From an uncultured Planctomycetota bacterium (lineage in GTDB: Bacteria; Planctomycetota; Planctomycetia; Isosphaerales; Isosphaeraceae), in assembly GCA_963823665.1 (NCBI GenBank), contig CAWGMQ010000004.1, positions 1,632,001 to 1,696,000 on the forward strand: a stretch of DNA of 64,000 nucleotides, given 5' to 3'. This document shows positions 54,680 to 64,000 of this stretch, one piece after another (positions within the stretch are counted from its first letter, which is position 1; each line of letters opens with the position of its first letter). Below the pieces are notes generated by a model. That model saw only the letters and a program-made list of their open reading frames with translations. It ran no database searches and was not told the origin of the DNA. The position numbers and the translations under genes were made by a program.

Positions 54680-57526
54680 CTATTTGGGCTTGGCGGGCTC
54701 GGAGGTCGCCTCCGGAGCGCTCTGGCTCTCGACTTTTCCAGCGGCTGGAGTGCCGGGCACCGGCGGAATCGCGAAGACGATGTCGTAGCCCCGGAACAAC
54801 CGGTAGTTCATTTCATCCGTGATGGCGATTCCTCCGTTGTCCTGCCGATCGAGCCCGACGCTGTAGAGCAGCCACGAGCCGGGCGGGGGCGAAGCACGCT
54901 TCGAGTTGATCGAAATTCGCACCGTCGAGAGGGTGTCTCGCAACGACAAAACCCTCGCGCCGCTCGAGGGGACGAATGCGAACGGCCGGTCGGAATAGGG
55001 ATCGATCGGCAGGCTCGGAAGTTCCTCGGGTACGAGCACGTCAAGGCGTTCCGGGAAGCGGCCATCGTGTTTGAGCTGCCAGGCACGAATGGCGAATACC
55101 TGCACCAGCGCCCGTCGCGCGACCTCATTTTGCTCGTCGGCCAGGAGGAAATCGTTGACAGGTCGATAGAACCTTCGAAGTGGATCCGGGAGCATCGGAT
55201 CCGCAAGGGAGAACGCTCCACTGTGCCAGTAGTGTTCAAGCCGGTGGCCGGGCTCGCGGCTGGCGCTCTCGAGCGCCGCGGCAGAAACAAATCGATTGAC
55301 GCGCCGTGCGCGAGTGAGCTCCCACGGGGTCGTGACGAGGTTGATCATTCCGAAGGCAAAGGTTTGCCTTGCATCATCGGCGCCAGGCGGCCTGCCGTAG
55401 ACTGGTTTTTCCAGATAACTGCGCAGTTTGCTCGGCGGCAGGTCGAGCGTGTTCTCGAAAAGATTGGCCTCGGCGCGCACGACCTCGCTTGGCGGCGGCA
55501 TCTTGGGAAGGTTGCGGTAAGCCTCGAGCGCCTTGTGAAGTCGTTCCGAAGTCTGGCCGGAGGCAAGCGCCCACTCCAACGCCAGTTCCAACGCCTGTCG
55601 CTCGGTGTGCGAAACAACGTCGGTGGCTTCGGCGGCGCCTGATCCCTCCGCGAAATGCCTGGCCATGCGGAAAAGGACGACGACATCGTCCCAGGCCCCG
55701 GCGAGATCGCCGTGGCTCACGCGATTACGCGCCTCCTGAGACATGAGCGAAACGAACGGGACCCACAGCGGAATGGTCTCGCGGTCGACGAGCGTTGGCC
55801 GCTCGGATTGGTCGAAACGGCATTCGGGTCGAGCGGCGGCCTGGCGGATGAGGTCGAGCACTTGCTTGTTTCGGACGAGGTAATCCGCCGGAACGTGCCC
55901 GCCACGCCCCCGGACAGGAATCGCCAGGAGGCGCCCGGCCTCGCGATAAAGATCGGCCGCATTGCGCTCCGGCGAGGTTTCGATCGATGAGGCACGAGCC
56001 CACGCCTCGGGCAGAGCGATCGGGCCAACGTCGGGCACACTCCAGGCGCGAAAGCCGATGTACCAGGCGAACAGCAATGCGAACGCAGCGCACGCGAACG
56101 CACCGAGTCGTAGCCACCGCCACGGTGCCGGCCGCTCCAGCATCCAGTCGGAGCGCCAAGCCCACGAGACGGCAATGAGGGCCGCGGCAACCACCAGAAA
56201 AGCGGGCCACGGCATCATCGTCTGGTACCACAATCCGACCAACGGCCAACCCAGGCCGAAGCTCAGCATCACGGAGACCACGAACGCGGTCACTCCGCGC
56301 CGAAACGCCATTCCGCAAATGAGCGCGACCGCGTAAGCGAGTGGGATGCATTCGAACGCGGCCCAGTTTCCGCCGCTGACGGGCCGCCCCACCATCGCGA
56401 TGAGCACGAGCGCCCCAATGAATATGATTGCAAGCGTGACGAGGGCGATGAGCCACGTCGTGATTTTCACCAGCCACACGGTATTTGGCCGCACACCATG
56501 GTGTACGAGAAATCGCTGGCTTCGAGCCCGGTTTTCCAGGCCAAAGACGCTGACTCCGGCCGCGATCACCAGCAGGAAGATGGCGCTCGAGAGCCACATC
56601 CGATCCAGCGAGTCGCCAACAAGGCCCAATGCCGCCACCGCGACCGCGATCGCCAAAAGAATCGACCAGGTTCCGATACCTTGTTTGATCGTCTGCCAGA
56701 CCAGGTTCCGAGTCTCGACGAGCCACGACGGGCGTCCGGGGCGCGCTGGGGCAGATGTTCGCAACGGTCGCATCACTGCGTTCTCGTGTGATATTGGCGC
56801 CGGCACAACCGCGCTGAGTGATCGAGCCTGGATTCGCCCGGAGCGAGGCCAGCGCGATCTGTTGAAGGCGATGGGAGAACGGAATTCGATCGGGAAGCGC
56901 CTTAGGCCGATGGACTGTGTGAAGAACGCGTGCGAGGCCAGAATAGTCGCAATGACGACGGCGAATTCCACGAATCCGAACGATCGGTTGGCGGACGGAG
57001 CTCCATAGATGAGAGCGTAATTGCCCATAACGAGAATGAGCCCGGTGCAACACATCCCCGACAGAGCAGCCGCGAGGGCAGTCTTGAAGATCGACGACCA
57101 GAAGAGGCCCCATCCCAAGGCGACCAGGACGATCATGACGACCCTGATCGCGCCCGGCGTGTGTAGAATCAAGAGATCCCATCGGTCCGTGCCAAAAGCC
57201 GCGATGACCAGTAATATGACGGTCAGGGCGATCGTCGTCACGAGCGCGAATGAGGTTTTTCCCGCCCAGACGAGCCGGCGGTCGATGGGCACAATGTCGA
57301 GCAGGTGCAGGGTGCCGGTTTCGCGCTCGGCGGCAAATGCCGCCGCTCCCGCGGCCAGTGCATACAGGCCGGCCCACAACAGGGCCAACACGCAGAGCAC
57401 ACCGCCCCGCACCGGTGGGCCGATCAAGATCAACATCATCCACTGAATCACCGCGGCGCCGGCGATGAGCAGCACCCAGATCGGCCAGAACTGCCGGGCA
57501 TCTTTCCACCACAACCGTGCGTACAT
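54680..57526 (-). CDS. ABC-2-type permease (two tandem membrane halves) fused to a large C-terminal soluble domain
   Basis: LWWKDARQ...FAAERETGTL..L...VWAGK and LVWQTIKQ...FGLENRARSQRFL...VWLVK; then ~450 soluble residues. Start 57526 or 57553. Confidence 0.82.
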   Translation of the reverse strand: MYARLWWKDARQFWPIWVLLIAGAAVIQWMMLILIGPPVRGGVLCVLALLWAGLYALAAGAAAFAAERETGTLHLLDIVPIDRRLVWAGKTSFALVTTIALTVILLVIAAFGTDRWDLLILHTPGAIRVVMIVLVALGWGLFWSSIFKTALAAALSGMCCTGLILVMGNYALIYGAPSANRSFGFVEFAVVIATILASHAFFTQSIGLRRFPIEFRSPIAFNRSRWPRSGRIQARSLSAVVPAPISHENAVMRPLRTSAPARPGRPSWLVETRNLVWQTIKQGIGTWSILLAIAVAVAALGLVGDSLDRMWLSSAIFLLVIAAGVSVFGLENRARSQRFLVHHGVRPNTVWLVKITTWLIALVTLAIIFIGALVLIAMVGRPVSGGNWAAFECIPLAYAVALICGMAFRRGVTAFVVSVMLSFGLGWPLVGLWYQTMMPWPAFLVVAAALIAVSWAWRSDWMLERPAPWRWLRLGAFACAAFALLFAWYIGFRAWSVPDVGPIALPEAWARASSIETSPERNAADLYREAGRLLAIPVRGRGGHVPADYLVRNKQVLDLIRQAAARPECRFDQSERPTLVDRETIPLWVPFVSLMSQEARNRVSHGDLAGAWDDVVVLFRMARHFAEGSGAAEATDVVSHTERQALELALEWALASGQTSERLHKALEAYRNLPKMPPPSEVVRAEANLFENTLDLPPSKLRSYLEKPVYGRPPGADDARQTFAFGMINLVTTPWELTRARRVNRFVSAAALESASREPGHRLEHYWHSGAFSLADPMLPDPLRRFYRPVNDFLLADEQNEVARRALVQVFAIRAWQLKHDGRFPERLDVLVPEELPSLPIDPYSDRPFAFVPSSGARVLSLRDTLSTVRISINSKRASPPPGSWLLYSVGLDRQDNGGIAITDEMNYRLFRGYDIVFAIPPVPGTPAAGKVESQSAPEATSEPAKPK

Positions 57527-57577
57527 GGGAGCCTTACTCCGGCCTGGGGTCATCGTATCTTCGGACCTCGACCCGAA

Positions 57578-58549
57578 TCACGCCACGTGTACAGCCAGTG
57601 GAGGCGCCGGCTCGGGCCGGCGCGACCGCATATAGCCGACGTAGATTTCCTCGAGGCTCGGCGTTTCAATCTCGAGAGATTCGACTCCCGGAAGCGCCCG
57701 GACGATCTCGCACGCCGGCCGATCGGCGGCGCGGACCAGCCAGCGAGCTTGCCGTGAGGCATCTGTCGCATCAATGAGCTCGAGCGTCCTTCCTTCGGGC
57801 GGCGCCGAAGGGTGATCGCGGCTGGTAAATGTGACCGAAAGCAGGAAAGTCCGCGCCTTGAGCTCATCGAGCGTCTGGGCCAGCAGCAGCTTGCCGCGGT
57901 GCAGGATGGCGATGTGGCTGGCGACCCGCTCGACCTCGCCGATCTGATGGCTGGAGAGCAGGACCGTGCGGCCCGCGCCGGCCAGGTCGACCATGCTTTC
58001 GAGGAAATCGCGGCGCACCAGGACGTCAAGCCCGGAGGTTGGCTCGTCGAGGACGAGTAACTCGGGATCCGACGCCAGTGCCAGCGACAGCGAGACCTTG
58101 GCCCGCATTCCTTTCGAGAGGGTCTTGATCTTCTTCCGGCCGGGCAGGTCGAAGCCTCGGATCAACTCGCTATAGCGGTATTGATACCCACTCGTGGACC
58201 GTTCGGCGTCGAGATGGAAGCCGGCGGCGAACCAGCCGATTTCGCTCACTGTCATCCAGTCATAGAGCACGGGCGATTCCGGCACGTACCCCACGCGCCG
58301 GCGAACGTCTAGCCCGCGTGAGACTGGATCGAGCCCGACGACGTCAATCCGCCCACTGGTTGGCTTCAATAGTCCCAACAGCATCTGGATCGTGGTCGTC
58401 TTGCCTGCGCCGTTCTCGCCGATCAAGCCAAAGATCGAGCCGTGAGGAACCGATAGCGTAACAGCGTCGACGGCCGTCTGATTGCCGAATCGCTTTGTCA
58501 CCCCGTCGATCACAATCGCCACACCCGTCTGCGCCGGTGATTCGGTCAT
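57578..58549 (-). CDS. ABC transporter ATP-binding protein (YtrB-like)
   Basis: GENGAGKTT, LSKGM, LVLDEPT, SSH; ATGA overlap with the GntR stop. Confidence 0.93.
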   Translation of the reverse strand: MTESPAQTGVAIVIDGVTKRFGNQTAVDAVTLSVPHGSIFGLIGENGAGKTTTIQMLLGLLKPTSGRIDVVGLDPVSRGLDVRRRVGYVPESPVLYDWMTVSEIGWFAAGFHLDAERSTSGYQYRYSELIRGFDLPGRKKIKTLSKGMRAKVSLSLALASDPELLVLDEPTSGLDVLVRRDFLESMVDLAGAGRTVLLSSHQIGEVERVASHIAILHRGKLLLAQTLDELKARTFLLSVTFTSRDHPSAPPEGRTLELIDATDASRQARWLVRAADRPACEIVRALPGVESLEIETPSLEEIYVGYMRSRRPEPAPPLAVHVA

Positions 58550-59022
58550 GCTGTCCCCCTTTCGAGTGTTCTCGAGCCCGATGTTGCTGAGACCGCCGCA
58601 GGGGCGGCGAATTCCAGCCCCGAGTCGGCACCGTTGCCAAGAGTACAGCCTCGGGCCCACTCCTCACGGAGGATCATCGCGATCTCCGCTGGATCCAGGG
58701 TGCTCTGCCTCGCCTCTTCGATCGCCCGGCGCAGCCGCTCCCGGACGATCTCGCGCCGGTCGATCCGACACCGTTCCGTGGCGCCCTCCGCCACCTGAAG
58801 CCCCATGCCACGCACCGATTCCAGCAGACCCTCGGCCTGCAAGTCGCGATAAGCCCGCGCGACCGTGTTCGGGTTTACCACAAGTTGTTTGGAGAGCTCG
58901 CGAACCGACGGGACAAGCTCCCCCGCCCGCAACACACCCCCGGCTACTGCAAACTTCACGCGGTCAACAATTTGGCCGTAAATGGGCCGGCCATCACCGG
59001 TGTTCAGATCGACCAACAGCAT
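58546..59022 (-). CDS. YtrA-subfamily GntR regulator
   Basis: PIYGQI...PSVRELSKQLVVNPNTVARAY...RGMG; short C-terminus; heads an ABC operon. Confidence 0.92.
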   Translation of the reverse strand: MLLVDLNTGDGRPIYGQIVDRVKFAVAGGVLRAGELVPSVRELSKQLVVNPNTVARAYRDLQAEGLLESVRGMGLQVAEGATERCRIDRREIVRERLRRAIEEARQSTLDPAEIAMILREEWARGCTLGNGADSGLEFAAPAAVSATSGSRTLERGTA

Positions 59023-59036
59023 CTGTATTGGCTCCC

Positions 59037-59086
59037 TAGTGTACTACCTACATAATACACTATAACGAAGCAGTATGGCTTGTCCA
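59037..59086 (-). promoter_or_regulatory. Sigma70 promoter overlapped by a YtrA-type operator
   Basis: TGGACA-16 nt-TATAGT on the minus strand. Inverted repeat TAGTGTA-N12-TACACTA (59037-59062) overlaps the -10 box and the expected start site. Confidence 0.8.
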
Positions 59087-59365
59087 GTCGTGAGCGGAAA
59101 AAAAGCCCCGAGCCACCCAGACGCCCGGGGTCGGCTGCGGCGGCGGCGAATATGAATTTCGTAGGAGGATCGCGGGCATGGCCGTCCCGTTGTTGACGGG
59201 TCGTGGACGGAAGCCACATTCTCTCGGCACGGAGGCCGGCCCCTGAATCCACTCGGGTGCATTCTGCCGTTCGCTCGGATCGCCGTGTCGATTACGCGCC
59301 GCTTCTTCAGACAAACGCCCAAGCGATGATCGGGTTCGTCGGGCTTGAGGTCTGACGCTGGCGCC

Positions 59366-61680
59366 TCACTCAAACTCGAGTTCGATTCCGAGCTCCTTGA
59401 GCACGTTCCGCAATGAGGCTACCTGGTCTTCGGCGATGGCCGCGGAGGTGGGGCCGAGTGATTCGCCCAGGAACGAGCCAGTTGCCGGAAGCTGGCGTAG
59501 TCCTTCAAGCACCTGGGGCGTCGGAGGCGCTCAGGACCACGATTTTCGCCGCCTTGAGCTTGGGCACTCGCGCCGATTTCGCAAGTAGAAGCAACTCGAC
59601 AGCGGCGGGGATTGCTCTGCCCGCGCGACGCTCGAACCATTCGCTCAGCCAGGGCGGGTTCATTCCCCGGTTGATTCCGCGTTGCAGTGAGTCGCTTGTG
59701 ATTGCGAATCGGCGGGAAAGCGGCGTTCCGGACTGCCCTGCTGCCCGTTCCGGGGTGGGCAACGGTTCGGCGAATTGGGCCAGCTCGGCGTCCACCAAGA
59801 GGTCAGCCCGGGCCGGGTCGAGCACGAGAGTCACGCCGTCGGGCTCGACGGTCACGCACACGTCGGGAGGCCGACGGTAATCGCGCGAACTGGTCAAGCG
59901 AAGCCGGGCATATGGAACGGTTTGATCGTCCTCGACCAGCAGGAACCGGTCTGCGACGGGAACCGGCGCAGCATCACCATCAGCGGGCCACAGCTCGATT
60001 GCCTGATCTCGCTCGGCCTGGGTGAGGAACTCGATCAGCGTGCTTGCTGCGTAGAAAACAACACGTTCGCGGCGCTCGGCCCAGTGGTTGATCGCCTCGA
60101 TCACGCCTCGCGAGAGCGGGCGCTGGCTGGCGCGGGAGAGCGTTTCGAGCATCCACTCGGGTTTCGAACCGAGGTCCAGGCCGAGAACGATCGATTCGCG
60201 CGAGAGCTTGAGCTCGAGTGCCGAGCCGATCTGGGTCCACCAGGCAAAACGGCTCAGCCGGCCCACCAGTTGCGGAGTCAGTCCCTGGCGATACGCGATC
60301 ACTTCGAAATTCGGTTGCACAAACAAGAATCGCTCGAACGCAGGGCGGGGCGGTGGTGTCGGGCCAACCGCCAGGACGTAGCGGCCGAACGTGCTCAGTT
60401 GCACGACTCGGCGCCCTATCGGTGCCTCCACGGCGGCGCGAACGAGGCCCAGCGGATAGGCGGCTCCCAGCAGGATGGACTCGAGGAGCACAGTCTCGCG
60501 CGGCCGGGAGCCGGCCGGGTTGCGCGATCGGGCGCGCGCTCGCGCAGGAGGTCGCGCGCGGGGTGATGAATCGTCCTGAGCCGCGGGGCTCCAGGACAGG
60601 CGGCTCCATGCCGGACATCGCGCTGTAAGCTGCGCGGCCAGATCATCGAGTGCGACCCATTCCGAATCGCCGAGAGTGCTGAGCCAGAGCAGCAGCGCGC
60701 ACCGAAGATAGGGGACTGCGGCCGCCTCGGCGTCATCTTCCGCGAGGGCCTCCGGGGGCAGCTCGCACCAGTCCGGCAGCGAGAGCCATCCGGTGGCGAT
60801 CATTTGAGGTAAGTGGAATTCATTCTCGTTCCAGAATTCCAGTGGGGCTGCCAGCAGGCGCTCGCCGCCAGCTTCGGGCTCGATCAGCCCGACTCGACGC
60901 GCCAGGGCCAGCCACAACGAAGGTGAATCGGGCAATGGGATAAACGAGTCGGCAATCGAGCTTGCGAGCACCGGGTCCAGGTCGATCCGATCGCGGTCAC
61001 GCTTGTAGAGAACACCCTGCTGGGTCTGCCGCAGCGGCTCGACCCCGAGCCGCTGCCAGAGGGCGGCCAGGCGCAGGATGGCCTCGAGCCCATCCGATTC
61101 GCGAATCTCGCTGATCGGACCGCTCGCCCGCGGCAGCAGGTCTTGCGGGCGCGCCGTGCGCACGCTCCTGGGCACGGCCGGATGAACGCGGAGGAATACG
61201 CGCCAGGGGTCTTCCGACTCGAGGATTTCGTCGAAGCCGTCGATCTGACCCGAATCGCCCTCGGCGAATACTGCGAGCAAACCGAGCTCGAGCAGGGGCA
61301 GGATCGCCGGCGCAGGCTCGGTCAACAGGGTTCGAAGCGACTGAGAAATCCCCGCCAGGGGCAACGACGGTCACTTCGGTCAGGCCGAAGAGGCTGATAG
61401 GCCAGTTGTGATTCTGGGCTCAAGCGGGCGACAAGAGACGAGACAGCGGCCGGCTCGTCGAGGTAATCGGTGATCTCATCCGCGGCACCGCTGGGCCTGA
61501 CGCGGAACCCGCCCGGCGCCGCGCCTGGGCCAGTCGAATCGCGGCCAGGCGTGTGCCCTTGTAACGGGAGAGGGCAGCACGAAAAGCGTGGCGAGGCTCG
61601 TCGCGGCCACGAGCGCGCGGCGACGAGATGGCACGGTCATCCGGGCTCCGGTTCAAGGACGACTGCGATGCTGGGGGCAT
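59366..61680 (-). CDS. XPB-associated protein with Helicase_C_3 / p52(Tfb2)-like region (frameshifts near 61525, 61398, 61370, 59515)
   Basis: ATG 5 nt after the upstream stop. Main ORF 59505-61364 contains FLFVQPNFEVIAY...LSRESI...WAERRERVVF. C-terminus recovered as QVLEGLRQLP...LKELGIELEFE*. Confidence 0.75.
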
Positions 61681-61685
61681 CTCGG

Positions 61686-61919
61686 TCAGTCCCTCTGACC
61701 TACGATTCGAGGTGTGTGGCCCAGCTTGCGCAGCTCGTCGATCACGAGCTCGGATTCACCCGACTGCACCAGGAGCACCGTGTCGGAAAGTCTGCCCACG
61801 ACCCAGCGAGCGAGCGTCTTCCGGGCCAGCAGCTCTTCGGCGAGCAGCGGATCGGTGGTACGCACGAGGGCCACATTCTTGTGCAGCTTGACGGGGATTC
61901 GCGTGAGTGAGGGTTTCAT
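61686..61919 (-). CDS. 77-aa protein, p8/Tfb5-like
   Basis: ATGA overlap with the XPB stop; VALVRTTDPLLAEELL...WVVGRLSDTVLLV...VIDELRKLG. Confidence 0.8.
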   Translation of the reverse strand: MKPSLTRIPVKLHKNVALVRTTDPLLAEELLARKTLARWVVGRLSDTVLLVQSGESELVIDELRKLGHTPRIVGQRD

Positions 61920-63619
61920 AGCACGGATTCGGCCGGGACGAGATCGGTTTCATCAACGATTTCATAGCTGTAGCCCTGTTCGGTCAAGAAGAGCTGGCGA
62001 TGGTGGGCGAAATCCATCTCGCGAGTGTCGCGGCTCACCAGCGTGTAGAACCGTGCCGGCTGCTCTCCCTCCTTGGGGCGCAAGATCCGCCCCAGCCGCT
62101 GCGCTTCTTCCTGGCGGCTGCCGAAGGTTCCCGAGATCTGGATCATGACGTTGGCATCGGGCAGGTCGATCGCGAAGTTGCCGACCTTGGAGAGGACCAG
62201 CCGGCGGAGCGCGCCGGTCCGAAACCTGCCGTAGAGGTCTTCACGCTCGGGGTTGGAGGTCGCCCCGGTGATGAGCGGCAGGTCGAATCGCTCGGCAATT
62301 CGCCGGAGCTGCTTCAGGTACTGGCCGATCACGATGACGCGGTCGTCGGGCCCGTCGAAGCGGTCCAGGAGCACGGCGACGATTTCGTCCTTGAGCGGGT
62401 TTTCGCTGGCGACGCGAAATTTCTCGCGCCATTCGGCCAGGGCGTATTCCATGCGCAGGGCCCCGGGAAGCCCGAGTCGAACCTCGTGGCACTGGGCTTC
62501 GGCGATCCAGCCTTTGGACTCGAGAACGCGCCAGGGAACGTCGTACTTCTTGGGACCGATCAGGCTGAAGACATCTTCCTCGCGCTGATCCTCGCGCACC
62601 AGAGTTGCGGTGAGGCCCAAGCGGCGGCGGGCCTGGATATCGGCCGTGACCCGGAAGACCGGCGCCGGCAGCAGATGCACCTCGTCGTAGATGATCAGGC
62701 CCCAATCGCGCTCATCAAATAGGTGGAAATGGGGGAAGTCGCCGTCTTTCTTGGGACGGTAGGTGACGATCTGGTATGTCGCCAGCGTGACCGGCGCCAT
62801 GGTCTTCGAGTCGCCGGTGTAGGTTCCGATCAACGAGGGGTCGATGTCGGTCTTGTCGATGATCTCTCGCTTCCACTGCTCGACGGCGGTGGTGCTGGTG
62901 GTGAGGATCAACGTCTCGCACTTGAGTGCGGCCATCGCGGCCAGGCCGACCACCGTCTTGCCGGCGCCGCACGGAAGGACGATCACTCCCGAGCCGCCGC
63001 GTACGTCACCGCCGGCATAAAAAGCGTCGACGGCGCCCCTCTGGTAGTCGCGAACCAGAAACGGCAAGCCCGATTGCATTTCCGTTCTCAGGCCAATGGG
63101 CAATGCCGCGCCGGCGGTGTAGCCGGCGAGATCCTCGGCGGGGTAGCCAGAGGCGATCAGGGCCTGCTTGAGCACGCCGCGATGGGCGTCGTCGACGGCG
63201 AAGCTGGTCTCGTCGATCCGCTCCCCGAGGTAGTCGCGCACGCCTCGCTGGCGGGCAAGCTCTTCGAGCAGAGGCCGGTCCGCCGTGTTCAGGCGAAGCT
63301 GGCCATCGATGCGCTCGAGCCGCACCCGCCCATACCGGCTGACCAGCTCGGATAGGTCTGCCGGCACGTTCGAGGGAATGGGAAACTTCGAGTATTTCTC
63401 AAGGGCGGCCGCCATCGCCTGGGCCGACATTCCAGCCGCGGCCGCGTTCCAGAGGGAAAGCGGGGTCAGCCGGTACGTGTGAATGTGCTCGGGGCTCTTC
63501 TCCAGCTCCGCGAACGGCGCGATCGCATCACGGGCCTCGGCATGCAGCGGGTTGTCGACCTCCAGCAGGATCGTGCGATCTCCCTGCACGATAAGCGGAT
63601 TGGCGGGATTGTACTGCAT
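61916..63619 (-). CDS. xpb: XPB/Ssl2/Rad25-family DNA helicase/translocase
   Basis: N-terminal domain PLIVQGDRTILLE...PEHIHTYRLT; GVIVLPCGAGKT, DEVH, LGLTATLVRED, LIGPK, SKV...IDLP.AN..IQIS..FGSRQEEAQRLGRILR. Confidence 0.95.
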   Translation of the reverse strand: MQYNPANPLIVQGDRTILLEVDNPLHAEARDAIAPFAELEKSPEHIHTYRLTPLSLWNAAAAGMSAQAMAAALEKYSKFPIPSNVPADLSELVSRYGRVRLERIDGQLRLNTADRPLLEELARQRGVRDYLGERIDETSFAVDDAHRGVLKQALIASGYPAEDLAGYTAGAALPIGLRTEMQSGLPFLVRDYQRGAVDAFYAGGDVRGGSGVIVLPCGAGKTVVGLAAMAALKCETLILTTSTTAVEQWKREIIDKTDIDPSLIGTYTGDSKTMAPVTLATYQIVTYRPKKDGDFPHFHLFDERDWGLIIYDEVHLLPAPVFRVTADIQARRRLGLTATLVREDQREEDVFSLIGPKKYDVPWRVLESKGWIAEAQCHEVRLGLPGALRMEYALAEWREKFRVASENPLKDEIVAVLLDRFDGPDDRVIVIGQYLKQLRRIAERFDLPLITGATSNPEREDLYGRFRTGALRRLVLSKVGNFAIDLPDANVMIQISGTFGSRQEEAQRLGRILRPKEGEQPARFYTLVSRDTREMDFAHHRQLFLTEQGYSYEIVDETDLVPAESVL

Positions 63620-63755
63620 GGGCTCCTTGCCGGTTCGAAGTTCACGTGACGGGCGAATTCGGGTGCGAGCCGCCGCCGTCGTTTTTCAAGGGCGAACGTT
63701 CCATCGTAGACGGGCCGGCCGGATCTCGCAAGGTTGGCTCTATGAACCGAACGGT

Positions 63756-64000
63756 TCACTCATCCTCGTCGGCCCCTCTCAGGTCAACCTCCGCCAATCC
63801 CATTCCCTTGGCGATGGCGCTCAACTGATCGCGAATCTCGAACATGCCGGCGGGTCGCTTCTTGGGGTCGATGCTCAAGCTCGAAAGAATCAGCTCGTTG
63901 AGCGCCGCCGGAATCCGCGGGTTCACCTTGATGGGTGGCGTGAGTTTGCGGTCGTCGCCGGGTTTGGGGATCCCTGGCTGGGCAAACCGTCCGGTGAACA
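63756..64000 (-). CDS. C-terminal end of a Ser/Thr protein kinase (starts outside the window)
   Basis: FTGRF...PPIKVNPRIPAALNELILSSLSIDPKKRP...DEDE* matches kinase subdomains X-XI. Confidence 0.75.
   Translation of the reverse strand, partial: FTGRFAQPGIPKPGDDRKLTPPIKVNPRIPAALNELILSSLSIDPKKRPAGMFEIRDQLSAIAKGMGLAEVDLRGADEDE

Noticed and set aside
55725..57512. 595-aa alternate-frame ORF inside the permease
   Set aside because: Arg/Gly/Pro-rich off-frame translation typical of high-GC DNA.
1..64000. tRNA, rRNA, CRISPR arrays, transposases, integrases or prophage genes
   Set aside because: None recognised on either strand.

Overview
GC-rich bacterial chromosome segment, most likely Planctomycetota (Isosphaeraceae-like). 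Support: five genes carry the planctomycete LEXLEXRXLLS export motif, and the window also has a DUF1549/DUF1553 protein, an ECF sigma factor paired with a Ser/Thr kinase, and a PEP-CTERM protein. Housekeeping genes are rpmA-obgE-coaX, queC, an MnmE-like GTPase, an NtrC/histidine kinase pair and a YtrA-type GntR-ABC operon. Many genes encode secreted or envelope proteins. About 20 single-base frameshifts break otherwise intact genes and look like long-read indel errors; those genes are reported as single CDSs with approximate breakpoints. The best lead is a tightly coupled operon at 59366-63619 (minus strand): XPB helicase, a 77-aa protein resembling TFIIH p8/Tfb5, and a large protein resembling TFIIH p52/Tfb2. 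This would be a bacterial version of the eukaryotic XPB-p52-p8 translocase module. Other leads are a 194-nt rod-shaped RNA candidate (6S-like) upstream of the MnmE-like gene, three tandem unknown exported paralogs behind an orphan TolC, and an ABC permease fused to a pseudopilin-like domain. All homology calls were made by eye from recalled motifs; no searches were run.
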